Assembly (NCBI GenBank): GCA_036741395.1
Contig: DAINSI010000003.1
Span: 4,711-62,064, forward strand
Length of the DNA: 57,354 nt
Reading direction: 5' to 3'
From: Candidatus Dormiibacterota bacterium
GTDB taxonomy: Bacteria; Chloroflexota; Dormibacteria; DASZGP01
Below, in pieces: positions 44,568 to 54,639 of this stretch. Below the pieces are notes generated by a model that saw only the letters and a program-made list of their open reading frames with translations, was not told the DNA's origin and did no database searches. Every line of letters begins with the position of its first letter. Position 1 is the first letter of the stretch. The position numbers and the translations under genes are program-made.

Positions 44568-47228
44568 ATGGCGGGGTTCGGGAGGGGGGACGATCCGAGT
44601 CGGCAGCCCGGTGGGCCGAGGCTGAGCGGCCGCGCCCGACGCCTGTCGCTGGCGCTGGCGTTTGCGGCGCTGGTGGCGACGCTCCTGCCTGCCACGGCCG
44701 TGCCGGCGCTGGGTTCCAGCCCCCTCAGCGCGACCATCCGCTGGACCTCGCACGGGATCCCGCACATCCTCGCCAAGGACTTCGCCGGCCTGGGCTACGG
44801 CTACGGTTATGCCTTCGCGTCGCAGGACATCTGCGTCATCGCCGACCAGTACGTCACCGTCGACGGCCAGCGGTCGCGGTACTTCGGGCCGACCGGGTCC
44901 TGGGTTTTTGAGGGCAACGGCTTCAGCGCCAACAACCTCAACAGCGACTTCTTCTTTCAGCAGATCGTCGATGACGGACGCATTGAGAAACTGATCGCCG
45001 TGCCGCCCCCCCTGGGGCCGCGCCAGGAGATCAAGGACGGCGTCCGTGGGTATGCCGCCGGTTACAACCGCTACCTCGCCGACACCGGCGTCGGGGGTAT
45101 CACCGACCCCGCCTGCTCGGGCAAGCCGTGGGTCCACCCCATCACCGAGATCGAGGTCTATCGACGCTTCTACGAGCTGGCGCTGCTGGCCAGCTCGGCC
45201 GTGGCGATCGACGGCATCGGCAGTGGGGCGCCGTCGTGCCCCGGGACGGCGGTGGTACCCAGCGTGTTCGCGGCGCAGATGAAGAGCAAGTTTGACCTCG
45301 GGATCGGCAGCAACGCCGTCGCCCTGGGCAGCGACGCCACCCAGAACGGGCATGGCATGCTGCTGGGCAACCCCCATTTCCCGTGGCACGGCTCGGAGCG
45401 CTTCTTCCAGGCGCAGATGACCATTCCCGGGGTGGTCAACGTCAGCGGCGGCAGCCTCTTCGGGGTGCCGATCGTGCTCATCGGGCATACCGACTCGATG
45501 GCCTGGAGCCACACCGTCTCGACCGCGTACCGGTTCACGCCGTACCAGTTGGCGGTGGCGCCGGGCGAGACCTCCTACTTCGTTGACGGTGGGGTTGAAG
45601 CCATGACCAAGCGCACCATGACCGTCCAGGTGCAGCAGCCGGACGGGTCCCTGCAGCCGCAGTCGCGCACGCTCTACCGCACCCGCTGGGGACCCATGCT
45701 CACCAGCCTGGTTGGCCTTCCGCTGCCCTGGTGCCACGGCGTCGGCTTCGCCATGGCAGATGCCAACGAGGGGAACTTCCGCTACGTCAACCATTTCCTC
45801 GAGACCGACCTCGCCCACTCCAGCCAGGAGGAGCTGCAGGTGCTCGAGCGCAACCAGGGCGTCCCCTGGGTCAACACCCTGGTCTCCGACAACACCGGGC
45901 AGGCGCTCTACGCGGACATCTCGGTGGTGCCCAATGTCCCGGATTCGATGACCGCCGAGAGCGTCTGCGGCACGCCGCTGGGGACGGCCACGATCCAACT
46001 CCTGGGCTTACCCGTGCTGGATGGCTCGAAGTCCGCCTGTGCCTGGCGCACCGACCCCGACGCCGTCGCCCCCGGGATATTCGGACCATCGCACCTGCCC
46101 CATCTCTTCCGCACCGACTACACCGAGAACTCCAACGACAGCTACTGGCTGGCCAACCCCCGACAACGGCTGGAGGGGTTCGCCCGCATCATCGGCGACC
46201 AGCGCACCGCCCGGGCGCTTCGAACCCGCCTGGGACTGACCATGCTGGAGGAGTTCATCTACGGCCACAATGGCAAACCCATATCCAAGTTCACGCCACA
46301 GCAGTTGATGGACATGGTCTTCAACGACCGCCAGTACGGCGGTGAGCTGGCGCAGACGGCCGCGGCCGATATGTGCGATGCCTTCGGTGGGACGGCGCCA
46401 ACGGCGAGTGGGACCGTGGCGGTGGACAACGCCTGCACCGTGATCCGGAATTGGGACCGCACCGAGAACCTCAACAGCAAGGGCGCCGTGCTCTGGCGCG
46501 AATTCTGGACCGCCGCCCTCAAGGTCAACGGGGGGGCCTGGTCGACCCCGTTCAACGATGGAGACCCGGCGCACACGCCCAACAACCCTGCTCAGCCGCT
46601 GGCGCCGGTCGATACCCCCAACACCCTCGACACCTCCAACGACCCGATGGGCACGCAGGTCAAGAAGGCGTTCGGTGACGCCGTCAAGCGACTCAAGGAC
46701 GACCAGATTCCCCTCGACGCGACGCTGGGGTCCAACCCGGTCATAGGGCCGCTACAGTTCGCGCAGCGCGGCGCCACCCGCATCCCCATTCACGGCGGCC
46801 CCGGCACCCCCGGCACCTTCAACGCCATCAACGAGCGCGGTGGCCTGCTGGGCAAGGCCAACGGCTACGGCGACGTCCCCCACGGTTCCAGCTTCGTCCA
46901 GGTGGTCTCGTTCAACGGCACCCCATGCCCCGATACCCACACCATCCTGACCTACTCGCAGTCCACCAATCCGAACTCGCCGTACTACGCGGACCAGACC
47001 CAGATGTTCAGCAACAAGCAGTGGGTTACCGACGAGTTCTGCGAGAGCCAGATCCTCGCCGATCCCAACCTCACCGTGACCTCCATCAGCGATGCCGCCC
47101 CGGCGGTGACCGCGGTGCCGGCCGGGATGCCCAACACCGCCGCCTCGCTGCCGGCCGCAGCCCTGTTCGCGTTGGCACTTGTCGCCGTCGCCGGCCTGTC
47201 GGTGGTCGCCCGGCGCAGTCGCGCTTAG
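44568..47228 (+). CDS. Penicillin acylase family Ntn-hydrolase (AHL/aculeacin acylase-like) with sorting signal
   Basis: WTSHGIPHI, GYGYA, G|SNAVA nucleophile site, LLGNPHFPW, NSNDSYWL, LTYSQS; GMPNTA-TM-RR; leaderless TAGTCT-6nt-ATG. Confidence 0.9.
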   Translation: MAGFGRGDDPSRQPGGPRLSGRARRLSLALAFAALVATLLPATAVPALGSSPLSATIRWTSHGIPHILAKDFAGLGYGYGYAFASQDICVIADQYVTVDGQRSRYFGPTGSWVFEGNGFSANNLNSDFFFQQIVDDGRIEKLIAVPPPLGPRQEIKDGVRGYAAGYNRYLADTGVGGITDPACSGKPWVHPITEIEVYRRFYELALLASSAVAIDGIGSGAPSCPGTAVVPSVFAAQMKSKFDLGIGSNAVALGSDATQNGHGMLLGNPHFPWHGSERFFQAQMTIPGVVNVSGGSLFGVPIVLIGHTDSMAWSHTVSTAYRFTPYQLAVAPGETSYFVDGGVEAMTKRTMTVQVQQPDGSLQPQSRTLYRTRWGPMLTSLVGLPLPWCHGVGFAMADANEGNFRYVNHFLETDLAHSSQEELQVLERNQGVPWVNTLVSDNTGQALYADISVVPNVPDSMTAESVCGTPLGTATIQLLGLPVLDGSKSACAWRTDPDAVAPGIFGPSHLPHLFRTDYTENSNDSYWLANPRQRLEGFARIIGDQRTARALRTRLGLTMLEEFIYGHNGKPISKFTPQQLMDMVFNDRQYGGELAQTAAADMCDAFGGTAPTASGTVAVDNACTVIRNWDRTENLNSKGAVLWREFWTAALKVNGGAWSTPFNDGDPAHTPNNPAQPLAPVDTPNTLDTSNDPMGTQVKKAFGDAVKRLKDDQIPLDATLGSNPVIGPLQFAQRGATRIPIHGGPGTPGTFNAINERGGLLGKANGYGDVPHGSSFVQVVSFNGTPCPDTHTILTYSQSTNPNSPYYADQTQMFSNKQWVTDEFCESQILADPNLTVTSISDAAPAVTAVPAGMPNTAASLPAAALFALALVAVAGLSVVARRSRA

Positions 47229-48421
47229 GCGGTTTCTGCCGCGAAGGCGATGGCGCCCGCAACCATGGTGCGCGTGCCGACACGCAGGCACTCCTCGTCG
47301 ATGGCGAAGTCGGGTGCATGGTGCATCGCCGGCATCGAAGACCCGGGTCGCGCCCCCACCAGGTAGTAGACGCCGGGGATGCGATTGAGGAACTCGCTGA
47401 CGTCGTCGCTGGGCTGCACCGGGGGCGCCTCGAAGATGTTGGCCGGCCCGATGGCGACGCCCGCCGCGGCCTGGAAGACCGCCGTCGCGGCGCTGTCGTT
47501 GATGACCTCGGGGATCACCGGTGCGAGGTCCAGGCCGGCCCGAACCGTGAACTCCGCCTCGATCGCCGCGCAGACGTCGCGCAGGCGCGCCGACGCCGTC
47601 TCGTACTGCTCGCTGTTGAAGGTGCGGAAGGTGCCCTCGAGGAAGGCCTGGCGCGGCACCACGTTGGAGGCCGTGCCGGCGCGAATGACGCCCGCGCTGC
47701 AGGCGCAGCTGACGTACTCGTACTCGAGGTCGGCGACGACACCCGACAGCCGCGTGCTCAGACTCGACACCGCCAGTACCACGTTTCCGTCGGAGCCGGC
47801 CATGGCGGCGTGAGCCCCGGTGCCGGAGAGCGTGATCTTGAAAGCCTGGGCCCGGCTGTACTGCACGCCCGGCCGCACACCCACCAGCCCGGCGGGCAGC
47901 GGGGCCGCAACGTGGAGACCGAGCACCCGGTCGGCATGGAAGCCGTCGAGCACGCCTCCCTCGATCATCCTCAACGCCCCGTATCCGAATTCCTCTCCAG
48001 GCTGGAACAGGAACACATAGCTCCCGGGAAGGGATTCCGCGCGTGCCGCCAGGACGCCCGCCGTCGCCAGCAGGATGGCGACGTGGGCATCGTGGCCACA
48101 GGCATGCATCCGCCCGTCGGCGCCTGAGCGAAAGGGCACATCCACCTCCTCATTGACGGGGAGGGCATCGATGTCGGCGCGCAGCAGCACCGTCTTGCCG
48201 GGTCCGCCCCCGCCGTCGAGGCGGAACACCGCACCGGTGTCGGTGGGGCACGGCAGCGCGGTGAGGCCGAGGCCTGCGAGCCGCTCCCGGATCAAGCTGG
48301 TGGTGTCGCGCTCCTCGAAGGCCAGCTCGGGGTTGGCGTGCACCGCCCGCCGGGTGTCGACCGCCTCGTCGTAGCCGGCGTCCACGAGGTCGAGGGCGTC
48401 GGTGGTCACGTCGGCGGTCAT
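47225..48421 (-). CDS. M20 family amidohydrolase
   Basis: HANPELAFEE, LRADIDALP, MHACGHDAH, FQPGEE, HHAPDFAIDE. Confidence 0.92.
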   Translation of the reverse strand: MTADVTTDALDLVDAGYDEAVDTRRAVHANPELAFEERDTTSLIRERLAGLGLTALPCPTDTGAVFRLDGGGGPGKTVLLRADIDALPVNEEVDVPFRSGADGRMHACGHDAHVAILLATAGVLAARAESLPGSYVFLFQPGEEFGYGALRMIEGGVLDGFHADRVLGLHVAAPLPAGLVGVRPGVQYSRAQAFKITLSGTGAHAAMAGSDGNVVLAVSSLSTRLSGVVADLEYEYVSCACSAGVIRAGTASNVVPRQAFLEGTFRTFNSEQYETASARLRDVCAAIEAEFTVRAGLDLAPVIPEVINDSAATAVFQAAAGVAIGPANIFEAPPVQPSDDVSEFLNRIPGVYYLVGARPGSSMPAMHHAPDFAIDEECLRVGTRTMVAGAIAFAAETA

Positions 48422-49344
48422 CAGTAGAGCTTCAGGACCACTTTGCCGCGGGTGTGCCCTCCGGCCACCCGCTCGAGGGCCTCGCGGGCCTGGTCGAGGG
48501 GCAGCTCGGCGGCCAGCTCGACCCGCAGTTTGTCCTCGTCCGCCATCCGCGCGATGGCCTCCAGCCGCGCGGTACCCGAGGCCGCCGCGAACCGCTCGAA
48601 GCTGATCCCGCGCGGGCCGGCGTCGGGTCCGCCCCAGACGATGCCGACCGCGCGGCCGCCGTCCCGGACCGCGTCAAAGGCGCGCTCCAGCGTTCGCCCG
48701 CCGGCGCAGTCGAAGAGCGTGTCGGCACCCCCGGGTACCGCCACCCGTACCCGGGTGGGCCAGTCGTCGTGGTGGTAATCGACGACGTCATCCGCGCCGA
48801 GGGCGCGGACGTAGTCGTGGTTGGCCGCGCTGGCGACCGCCACGACCCGCGCGCCCAGGCTGTGCGCCAGCTGTACCGCGATGGTGCCGACACCCCCTGA
48901 GGCGGCGGTGATCACCACCGTCTCACCCTTGGTCAGCCCGAGGCGCTCGACCAGGCCCTCCAGGGAGGTCGTGCCCGCGACGGGCAGCGCGACGGCCTCT
49001 TCGAACGTCATCCCCGCGGGCTTGCGGGCCGTGTCCGAGGGGGCGCAGATGCGGTACTCGGCGAAGCTTCCGGCCCGCCGGTCGGTGCCGTAGATCTCGT
49101 CCCCGACGGCGAAGTCGGTCACTCCCTGGCCGACCTGGTCGACCACCCCGGCGAACTCGTACCCGATCCTGAACGGTAGCCTGAGGTTGCCCATGCGACC
49201 AGCCATCTTCTTGAGGTCCCAGGGGCCGATGCCCGCCGCCCTGACCTCCAACCGGAGCTCGCCCGGGCCGGCCGCGGGCTCGGGCACGTCTCCGAGGATC
49301 AGCTTGTCGGGCGTGCCCGCCTCTTCAATCCAGGCTGCGCGCAA
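48421..49344 (-). CDS. NADPH-dependent oxidoreductase (MDR/quinone reductase-like)
   Basis: GYEFAGVV, AASGGVG, GHTRGKVVL. Confidence 0.9.
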   Translation of the reverse strand: MRAAWIEEAGTPDKLILGDVPEPAAGPGELRLEVRAAGIGPWDLKKMAGRMGNLRLPFRIGYEFAGVVDQVGQGVTDFAVGDEIYGTDRRAGSFAEYRICAPSDTARKPAGMTFEEAVALPVAGTTSLEGLVERLGLTKGETVVITAASGGVGTIAVQLAHSLGARVVAVASAANHDYVRALGADDVVDYHHDDWPTRVRVAVPGGADTLFDCAGGRTLERAFDAVRDGGRAVGIVWGGPDAGPRGISFERFAAASGTARLEAIARMADEDKLRVELAAELPLDQAREALERVAGGHTRGKVVLKLY

Positions 49345-49347
49345 GAC

Positions 49348-49800
49348 CTAAGAGGCTTTCTTGGGGCGGCCCCGGGACGGCGACGACGCGCGCTTCGCGG
49401 CCGGTTTCGCCGCGCGCTTGATTGCGGGCTTGGCCGCGGGGCTCGCCCCCGCCACCCTCGCCGCCGCCCGCGTGGAAGAAACCCGCTTCCGCGAGTTGTT
49501 GGCGGGGGTCCGGGGGGGCCGAACCAACGCGGTGGCGGCGGATAGCAGGTTGACCTCGGACGACGTCGACTCGTTGGCCGCGTCGGCGGCATACATCACC
49601 CGGTTCTCGACCTCGGCGGCCGCCGCGTGGAGGGCCTTCTCGACCCGTGCTTCCGCGCGGCGCAGTTTCTCCTGGGCGCGGTGGAAGCGCTCCCGGGCCT
49701 TGTCGAGGCCGCCGTGGGCACGCTCCACGCGCGCCTGCGATTTCCTGGACTTCTTTTTGTCGGCCTTGTTCTTGGCAGTCATCGTTTTCTTAGGAGCCAT
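49348..49800 (-). CDS. Basic coiled-coil protein with histone-H1-like AKP repeats and a terminal RGRP motif
   Basis: MAPKK..., AKPAIKRAAKPAAKR, SRGRPKK. Confidence 0.65.
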   Translation of the reverse strand: MAPKKTMTAKNKADKKKSRKSQARVERAHGGLDKARERFHRAQEKLRRAEARVEKALHAAAAEVENRVMYAADAANESTSSEVNLLSAATALVRPPRTPANNSRKRVSSTRAAARVAGASPAAKPAIKRAAKPAAKRASSPSRGRPKKAS

Positions 49801-49845
49801 CGGACTCATTCTGACAGCGCGCCCGGTTGCATGTCGCGCCGCGGG

Positions 49846-50109
49846 TCAGGCGGAGCGACCCTCCCGGACCATCACGTCCTCCTGGTGGGTGGCGGGGTTG
49901 ACCATCACCACCGTGAAGAGGTCCTCGAAGTCGCAGTCGAAGAGGTCCATGAGCTTCTGCCGCAGGTCCGGCCCGGGATTGCGGTTGCCCAGCTCCAACG
50001 CCGGGATGTAGTTCTGCGTGACGCCCAGGCGCTTGGCCAGCTCCCGCTGCGTCCACCCCCTGGCGTCGCGGCGTGCGCGCAGACCGGTGGCTCGCACCTC
50101 TACCCTCAT
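49846..50109 (-). CDS. XRE/Cro-family HTH transcriptional regulator
   Basis: LRARRDARGWTQRELAKRLGVTQNYIPALELGNRNP; ATG 50109 follows GAGG. The ORF-track start 50412 overlaps folB. Confidence 0.88.
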   Translation of the reverse strand: MRVEVRATGLRARRDARGWTQRELAKRLGVTQNYIPALELGNRNPGPDLRQKLMDLFDCDFEDLFTVVMVNPATHQEDVMVREGRSA

Positions 50110-50205
50110 GCCCTCAGTCTCCCACCGGCCAGTGTGTTTGTCAAAGCAACAGCCACGCTCGGAAGCCGTGGGGTGGAGGTCGCCCGACCGTAGACTTGCA
50201 GCCCC

Positions 50206-50571
50206 ATGGATCGCCTCCTGCTGCGTGCGATGAGCTTCTACGGCTACCACGGTGACGTGGCGGCGGAGCGCGAGCTGGGCGGGCGCTACACCGTCGATGT
50301 CGAGATCGGCGTGGACCTTGTCGAGGCCGCCCGCAGCGACAGCCTGGAGGCCGCCGTCGACTATGTCCACGTCTACCAGCTGGTGCGCGAGGTGGTGGAG
50401 GAGCAGCAGCACCGCCTCCTGGAGTCGATGGCCGAGGCCATCGCCGGGCGCATCCTGCCGCTGCCCCGCGTCCGCGAGGTCAGGGTGCGCGTGGGCAAGG
50501 TGCCGCCGGTCGCGGGGAGCTTCGGCGAGTTCGCCGTCGAGATCGTGCGGCCCGCTCCCGGCACCCCTTGA
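50206..50571 (+). CDS. folB: Dihydroneopterin aldolase
   Basis: FYGYHG..AERELG, VDY, LLESMAE, VGKVPP. Confidence 0.92.
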   Translation: MDRLLLRAMSFYGYHGDVAAERELGGRYTVDVEIGVDLVEAARSDSLEAAVDYVHVYQLVREVVEEQQHRLLESMAEAIAGRILPLPRVREVRVRVGKVPPVAGSFGEFAVEIVRPAPGTP

Positions 50572-51791
50572 GGGTCGCCTACTTCGACTGCCTCTCCGGA
50601 GCCTCCGGGAACATGCTCCTGGGCGCCTTTTTGGACGCCGGCGCGCGGCTTGAGACCCTGACCGCCTGCCTCGACGCCCTCGGCCTCGCCGAGGCCGCCG
50701 AGGTCGTTGCCAGCCAGCGCATGAAGGGCAACCTGCGGGCCACGCACGTCGAGATCGAGGTCAAGCAGCCCAAGCCCTGGCGCCACATCGGGGAGATCGA
50801 CCGACTGATCGCCGGGGCGACGATCGGCGACGGTGTCAAGGAGCGTTCGCGCCTGGCCTTCCGTCTCCTCGGCCAGGCCGAGGCCAAGGCCCATGGCGTC
50901 GACCTGGCCAGCGTCCGCCTCCACGAGGCGGGGGCCATCGACGCGGTCATCGACGTGGTGGGCACGTTCGCGCTCGCCGATGAGCTCGGCGTCGAGGCCT
51001 TCTACAGCTCGGCGCTGCCGCTCAGCAAGGGCGAGATCGACTCCGCCCATGGCCGCATCCCGCTGCCGGCGCCCGCGACCGTGAACATCCTCGAGTCGGT
51101 TGGCGCGCCGACCTACGAGAAGGAGGGCGACGCCGAGCTGGTCACGCCCACGGGCGCGGCCATCCTGGCTGCCTGCTGCCGCTTCGAGTCGCCGCGCGTC
51201 GACTCCCAGCTCGAGGGCTACGGCGCCGGGACCGCCGACCTGGACTGGCCCAACGTCCTCCGGGTGGTGGTCGGTGAGCTCGATGAGGCGCCGGTCGAAG
51301 CCGCCCTGGCCCCGGCCCCTGGCGGCCCCGGCATCGAGGAGGACACGGTCACGGTGCTGGAGACCAACATCGACGACATGGCCGCCAACCTGCTCAGTGA
51401 CGTCGTCGCGTCGATGCTGGCGGGCGGCGCGTTGGATGCCTTCCTGACGCCGGTGGTGATGAAGAAGGGCCGTTCCGCTCACCTCCTCACCGTGGTCTGC
51501 GAGCCCGCCGCGGCGGCGCCACTGGCCGAGCGACTGATTCGCGAGACCTCGACGCTGGGTGTGCGCATGCGGGAGCAGCGGCGCTTCGTCGCCGACCGCC
51601 GCATGGAGGTGTTCAAGAGCTCGATCGGCGGTGTGGGCGTCAAGCTCAAGCTGGTCGACGGCGAGGTCGTGGACGCCGTGCCGGAGCACGACGAGGTCCT
51701 GGAGCGCGCCGCCGGCGCCGGCATCCCCATCGCCGAGGCCCATCGACGGGTCACCGAGGAGGCGCGGCGGAAATTCGTGGGCAAACCGTGA
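50568..51791 (+). CDS. larC: Nickel pincer cofactor biosynthesis protein LarC (fused form)
   Basis: [54 protein letters not shown]. Confidence 0.9.
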   Translation: MRVAYFDCLSGASGNMLLGAFLDAGARLETLTACLDALGLAEAAEVVASQRMKGNLRATHVEIEVKQPKPWRHIGEIDRLIAGATIGDGVKERSRLAFRLLGQAEAKAHGVDLASVRLHEAGAIDAVIDVVGTFALADELGVEAFYSSALPLSKGEIDSAHGRIPLPAPATVNILESVGAPTYEKEGDAELVTPTGAAILAACCRFESPRVDSQLEGYGAGTADLDWPNVLRVVVGELDEAPVEAALAPAPGGPGIEEDTVTVLETNIDDMAANLLSDVVASMLAGGALDAFLTPVVMKKGRSAHLLTVVCEPAAAAPLAERLIRETSTLGVRMREQRRFVADRRMEVFKSSIGGVGVKLKLVDGEVVDAVPEHDEVLERAAGAGIPIAEAHRRVTEEARRKFVGKP

Positions 51792-52660
51792 CCGCGCGGC
51801 TGATCGACGGCGCGGCGATGGCGGCCGCCATCCGCGCGGAGATCGCCGCGGAGGTCGCGACGCTGGTCGCCGCCGGGGATAGGCGTCCCGGCCTGGGCGT
51901 GGTGCTGGTGGGCGACGACCCGGCGTCCGCGGTCTACGTCGGTGCCAAGCACGCCGCGGCGGAGAAGATCGGCTTTCACTCGGCGCAGGTGAGCCTCCCC
52001 GCCAGCTCCACCCAGGACGAGGTCCTCGACGCCGTCCGCCGCCTCAATGCCGACCCCGCCATCGACGGCTTCCTGGTGCAGTTCCCGCTCCCCCAGCAGG
52101 TCGATCCCGATGTCGTGGTGCGCGCCATGGACCCGGCCAAGGATGTTGACTGCCAGCATCCCGAAAACATCGCCCGGCTGGCGATGGGCGCGCCGCGGGT
52201 GCTGCCCTGCACCCCCGCGGGGATCATGGAGATGCTGCGCCGGGAGTCCGTCGAAACCCGCGGCCGGGAGGCCGTGGTGGTGGGCCGGAGCAACATCGTG
52301 GGGCGGCCGATGGCCAGCCTGCTGCTACTGGCGGACGCGACGGTGACGGTCGCTCACAGCCGCACCCGCGACCTCGGCGAGGTGACGCGTCGCGCTGACA
52401 TCCTGGTGGTGGCGATCGGCCGGCCCGGGATGGTGACCGCGGAGATGGTCAAGCCTGGCGCCACGGTCATCGACGTCGGCATAAACCGCACGCTTAGCGC
52501 TGTGCCCGGCGGCAAGGACCGCCTCACCGGCGATGTCGACCCCGGGGTCGCGGAGGTCGCCGGCCTGCTCACGCCGGTACCCCGGGGCGTGGGCCCGATG
52601 ACCGTGGCGATGCTGCTGCGCAACACCCTGGAGGCCGCCCGGAGGTCCCCGGCGGCCTGA
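51788..52660 (+). CDS. folD: Bifunctional methylenetetrahydrofolate dehydrogenase/cyclohydrolase
   Basis: [43 protein letters not shown]. Confidence 0.96.
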   Translation: MTARLIDGAAMAAAIRAEIAAEVATLVAAGDRRPGLGVVLVGDDPASAVYVGAKHAAAEKIGFHSAQVSLPASSTQDEVLDAVRRLNADPAIDGFLVQFPLPQQVDPDVVVRAMDPAKDVDCQHPENIARLAMGAPRVLPCTPAGIMEMLRRESVETRGREAVVVGRSNIVGRPMASLLLLADATVTVAHSRTRDLGEVTRRADILVVAIGRPGMVTAEMVKPGATVIDVGINRTLSAVPGGKDRLTGDVDPGVAEVAGLLTPVPRGVGPMTVAMLLRNTLEAARRSPAA

Positions 52661-52667
52661 GCGCACG

Positions 52668-53978
52668 GTGCTCGACTACGAGGGCGCGCTGCGCTACGTC
52701 ACCTCCACTGGGAGGTTCGGGATCAAGCTCGGCCTGGAGCGTACCCGCGCCCTGCTCGAAGAGGTCGGCGCCCCGGACCGCGGCATGCGCGGGGTGCTTG
52801 TCGGCGGGACCAACGGCAAAGGCTCGACGTGCAACTTCATCGGCGCGGTGTTGCGTCAGGCCGGGCTCCGCGTGGCGGCGATGCCCAAACCTCACCTGGC
52901 CTCCTACACCGAGCGTGTCCTCCTCGACGGCAACCCCATCAGCGCGGCGGATTTCGCCGCCGCCGTCTCTGCCCTGGTGCCGGCGATCGAGCGGGTCACG
53001 CCGTCCCACGGCGCACCCACGGAGTTCGAGATCCTCACCGCGCTCGCGCTCGGCTTCGCTCGGGACCGCGGCGCCGACCTCCTGGTCTGCGAGGTGGGCC
53101 TTGGCGGCCGCCTCGACGCCACCAACGTGACCGACCTGGGGGTCAAGGTGATCACCGGCGTCGACCTCGACCACCAGCGCTACCTGGGCGACACCATCGC
53201 GGAGATTGCCGCCGAGAAGGCGGGGATCATCAGGCAGGGTGACCTGCTGGTCTGCGGACGCCTGGCACCGGAGGCCCTCGCGGTGGTGCGGGCCCGCGCT
53301 GAGGCGATGGGCGTCGAGATGTGGCTCGCCGGCCGGGACTTCGAGGAGCACGTCGGGCGCGCCGGGTGGGGTGGCGTGGACTTCGATCTCCGCGGCGCCG
53401 AGGTGGTGCGCGACGTTGACGGGCTGCACACAGCGCTGCTGGGGAAACACCAGGCAGCAAACGCCGCCGTGGCCGTCGCGGCACTGCAGGCCATGAGCGC
53501 GCGCCACGGCCTGGATCTCAGCGACGAAATGATCCGCGAGGGCATCGCCGCGGCGCGCTGGCCGGGGCGCCTCGAGCTCTTCGCGGGGACGCCCCGGGTC
53601 CTCGTGGACGGCGGTCACAACCCCGCGGCGATCACCGCCGCCGTCGCTGCCGTGACCCGCCTGGTCACCGACGACAGCCGGGTCTCGGTGGTGTTCGGTG
53701 CCATGTCAGACAAGGACACGCGGGGCATGCTCGCGGGCCTGCCGACGCGGTGGCCGGCGATCTTCACCAACGTCGCCGAGGAGCGGGCCCTGCCGGCGAT
53801 GGAGCTGCTGGCGCTGGCGCGCGAGCAGGGTCGTGCGGGCGACGTCGTCGAGCCGGCGGTCGAGGGCGCGCTGAGGCTGGCGTCGGGCCAGGTCGGGGCG
53901 CGCGGGCTGGTGCTGGTGCTGGGATCCCTGTACCTCGCGGGCGAGGCCCGTGAGCTCCTCCTCCGCAGCCGTGGCTGA
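52668..53978 (+). CDS. folC: Folylpolyglutamate synthase/dihydrofolate synthase
   Basis: GTNGKGST, TEFE, EVGLGGRLDATN, EKAGII, WPGRLE, DGGHN, GSLYLAG. Confidence 0.95.
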   Translation: MLDYEGALRYVTSTGRFGIKLGLERTRALLEEVGAPDRGMRGVLVGGTNGKGSTCNFIGAVLRQAGLRVAAMPKPHLASYTERVLLDGNPISAADFAAAVSALVPAIERVTPSHGAPTEFEILTALALGFARDRGADLLVCEVGLGGRLDATNVTDLGVKVITGVDLDHQRYLGDTIAEIAAEKAGIIRQGDLLVCGRLAPEALAVVRARAEAMGVEMWLAGRDFEEHVGRAGWGGVDFDLRGAEVVRDVDGLHTALLGKHQAANAAVAVAALQAMSARHGLDLSDEMIREGIAAARWPGRLELFAGTPRVLVDGGHNPAAITAAVAAVTRLVTDDSRVSVVFGAMSDKDTRGMLAGLPTRWPAIFTNVAEERALPAMELLALAREQGRAGDVVEPAVEGALRLASGQVGARGLVLVLGSLYLAGEARELLLRSRG

Positions 53979-54639
53979 CCTAAGCCCCCCCGTGGTCGCA
54001 CCCCTCGGTGAGGCCGCCCTGACGCTCAGCTGGTCGCTCGGCGACGACGTTGTGGCGACCGCCGCGACGGTCGGCCAGGCCTGGCGCAGTCTCGCCGCGG
54101 CCGGTCTCAGAGGGGTCGTCGACATCGTCCCCGCGCCCGCCAGCCTGCTGGTGCGCTTCGACCCCCTGCGCGTCGAGCGGGGCGCGCTGACGGCGCAGGT
54201 GGCGGCGACGCTGGCGAGGCCGGCGCCGTCGCCCGCCCCGGCCGAACCCAGGGCGCGGAGAATGCGCGTGCGCTATGGCGGCGCGGACGGCCCCGACCTG
54301 CGCCAGGCGGCCGCGCGCCTGGGCCTCGATCCCGCGCAGCTGGTGCGACTCCACAGCGGCGCGACGTACACCGTGCTGGCGACCGGCTTCAGCCCGGGCT
54401 TCGTCTACCTGGGCCCACTCGACCGCCGCCTCGTCCTGCCGCGCCGGGACCGCCCGCGGACGTCGGTCCCCGCTGGCAGCGTGGCCATTGCCGCCAGACA
54501 GACTGGGGTGTACGGCCTCAGCAGCGCCGGCGGATGGTGGATCATCGGGCGGACCACCGCGCGCACCTTCGACCCCCGGAAGGACCCGCCGGCACTCCTG
54601 GCGCAGGGTGACCGCGTCCGGTTCGTGGTCGCGCGGTGA
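53950..54639 (+). CDS. pxpB: 5-oxoprolinase subunit B
   Basis: DIVPAPASLL, YGGADGPDL, GFSPGF.YL, PAGSVAIA, SAGGWWIIG. Start may be GTG 53971. Confidence 0.88.
   Translation: MSSSSAAVADLSPPVVAPLGEAALTLSWSLGDDVVATAATVGQAWRSLAAAGLRGVVDIVPAPASLLVRFDPLRVERGALTAQVAATLARPAPSPAPAEPRARRMRVRYGGADGPDLRQAAARLGLDPAQLVRLHSGATYTVLATGFSPGFVYLGPLDRRLVLPRRDRPRTSVPAGSVAIAARQTGVYGLSSAGGWWIIGRTTARTFDPRKDPPALLAQGDRVRFVVAR

Noticed and set aside
50373-51743. 456-aa minus ORF
   Set aside because: Antisense shadow of larC.
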